This document shows, one piece after another, positions 63,165 through 64,000 of a stretch of 64,000 bases of DNA. This stretch comes from Hormiphora californensis (taxonomy: Eukaryota; Animalia; Ctenophora). Location of the stretch: positions 5,580,001 through 5,644,000 of the forward strand of contig CM035359.1 in NCBI GenBank assembly GCA_020137815.1, read 5' to 3'. The translations under genes were made by a program, and so were the position numbers. Every line of letters begins with the position of its first letter. Position 1 is the first letter of the stretch. Below the pieces are notes generated by a model that made no database searches, was not told where the DNA came from, and was given only the letters and a program-made list of their open reading frames with translations.

Positions 63165-64000
63165 TTGGATAATCTGACCCAGCACCCGATGGATCAGATC
63201 ACATTACAGGGATCTAATCCACCAGCACATGGATCAGATCACATTATAAGGATCTGGTCCACCACCCATGGATCAGATCACATTTTAGGGATCTGGTCCA
63301 CCAACCCATGGATCAGATCACATAACAGGGATCTTATCCATCACCCCATGGATCAGATCAAATTAAAGGGAGCTGATGCACCACCCCATGGATCAGATCA
63401 CATTGTAGGGATCTGATCCACCACCGTATGGATCAGATCTCATTTTAGAGATCTGATCTCATTTTAGAGATCTGATCCACCAGCTTATGGATCACATCTC
63501 ATTTTAGGGATCTGATCCACCAGCACATGGATCAGATCACATTTTAGAAATCTGGTCCACCAGCCCATGGATCAGATCACATTATAAAGATCTGGTCCAC
63601 CACCCATGGATCAGATCACATTTTAAGGATCTGGTCCACCAACCCATGGATCAGATCACATTATAAAGATCTGGTCCACCACCCATGGATCAGATCACAT
63701 TTTAAGGATCTGGTCCACCAACCCATGGATCAGATCAAATTAAAGGGAGCTGATCCACCACCCCATGGATCAGATCCCTGTTATGTGATCTGATCCATGG
63801 GTTGGTGGACCAGATCCCTAAAATGTGATCTGATTCATGGGTGGTGGACCAGATCTTTATAATGTGATCTGATCCATGGCCTTTTGGACCAGATTTCTAT
63901 AATGTGATCTGATCCGTTTGCTGGTGGATCAGATCCCTAAAATGAGATCTGATCCATACGGTGGTGGATAAGATCCCTACAATGTGATCTGATCTATGGG
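63165..64000. repeat. About 39-41-bp satellite that switches orientation at about 63780
   Basis: Unit ccatggatcagatcacatt.ta..gatctggtccaccac up to about 63779, then its reverse complement to the window end. Confidence 0.92.

Overview
Eukaryotic (animal) genomic DNA with short GT-AG introns, many (AG)n microsatellites, MITE/foldback elements and one 100-N gap. The repeat families and gene content look like a ctenophore (Pleurobrachia-like); this is an inference, not something I could verify. Left end, minus strand: a cluster ANAPC11 -> TMEM126-like -> TLCD5/TMEM136-like. An intronless LDLa-GPCR lies antisense in what is probably a TLCD5 intron. Next come a 5'-truncated CRE-type retrotransposon and a multi-exon 4xIg + C-type lectin + sushi-like GPI-type gene. 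About 20 kb (15-35 kb) is gene-poor and repeat-rich. A tightly packed plus-strand run follows: aldo-keto reductase -> large uncharacterised gene with a SNAPC2-like C-terminal block -> CRNKL1 -> CARS1. The CARS1 introns hold a 7TM pseudogene and apparently an antisense, frameshifted PAH-like hydroxylase. Three observations stand out. (1) A spliced, in-frame 81-aa mitochondrial-presequence-like extension on the cytosolic-type CysRS, suggesting dual targeting. (2) An out-of-frame overlap of ANAPC11 with a TMEM126-like ORF, a bicistronic candidate. (3) Operon-like gene packing, with 3' splice acceptors just ahead of start codons, suggesting SL trans-splicing. Exon boundaries were read by eye and may be off by a few nt.
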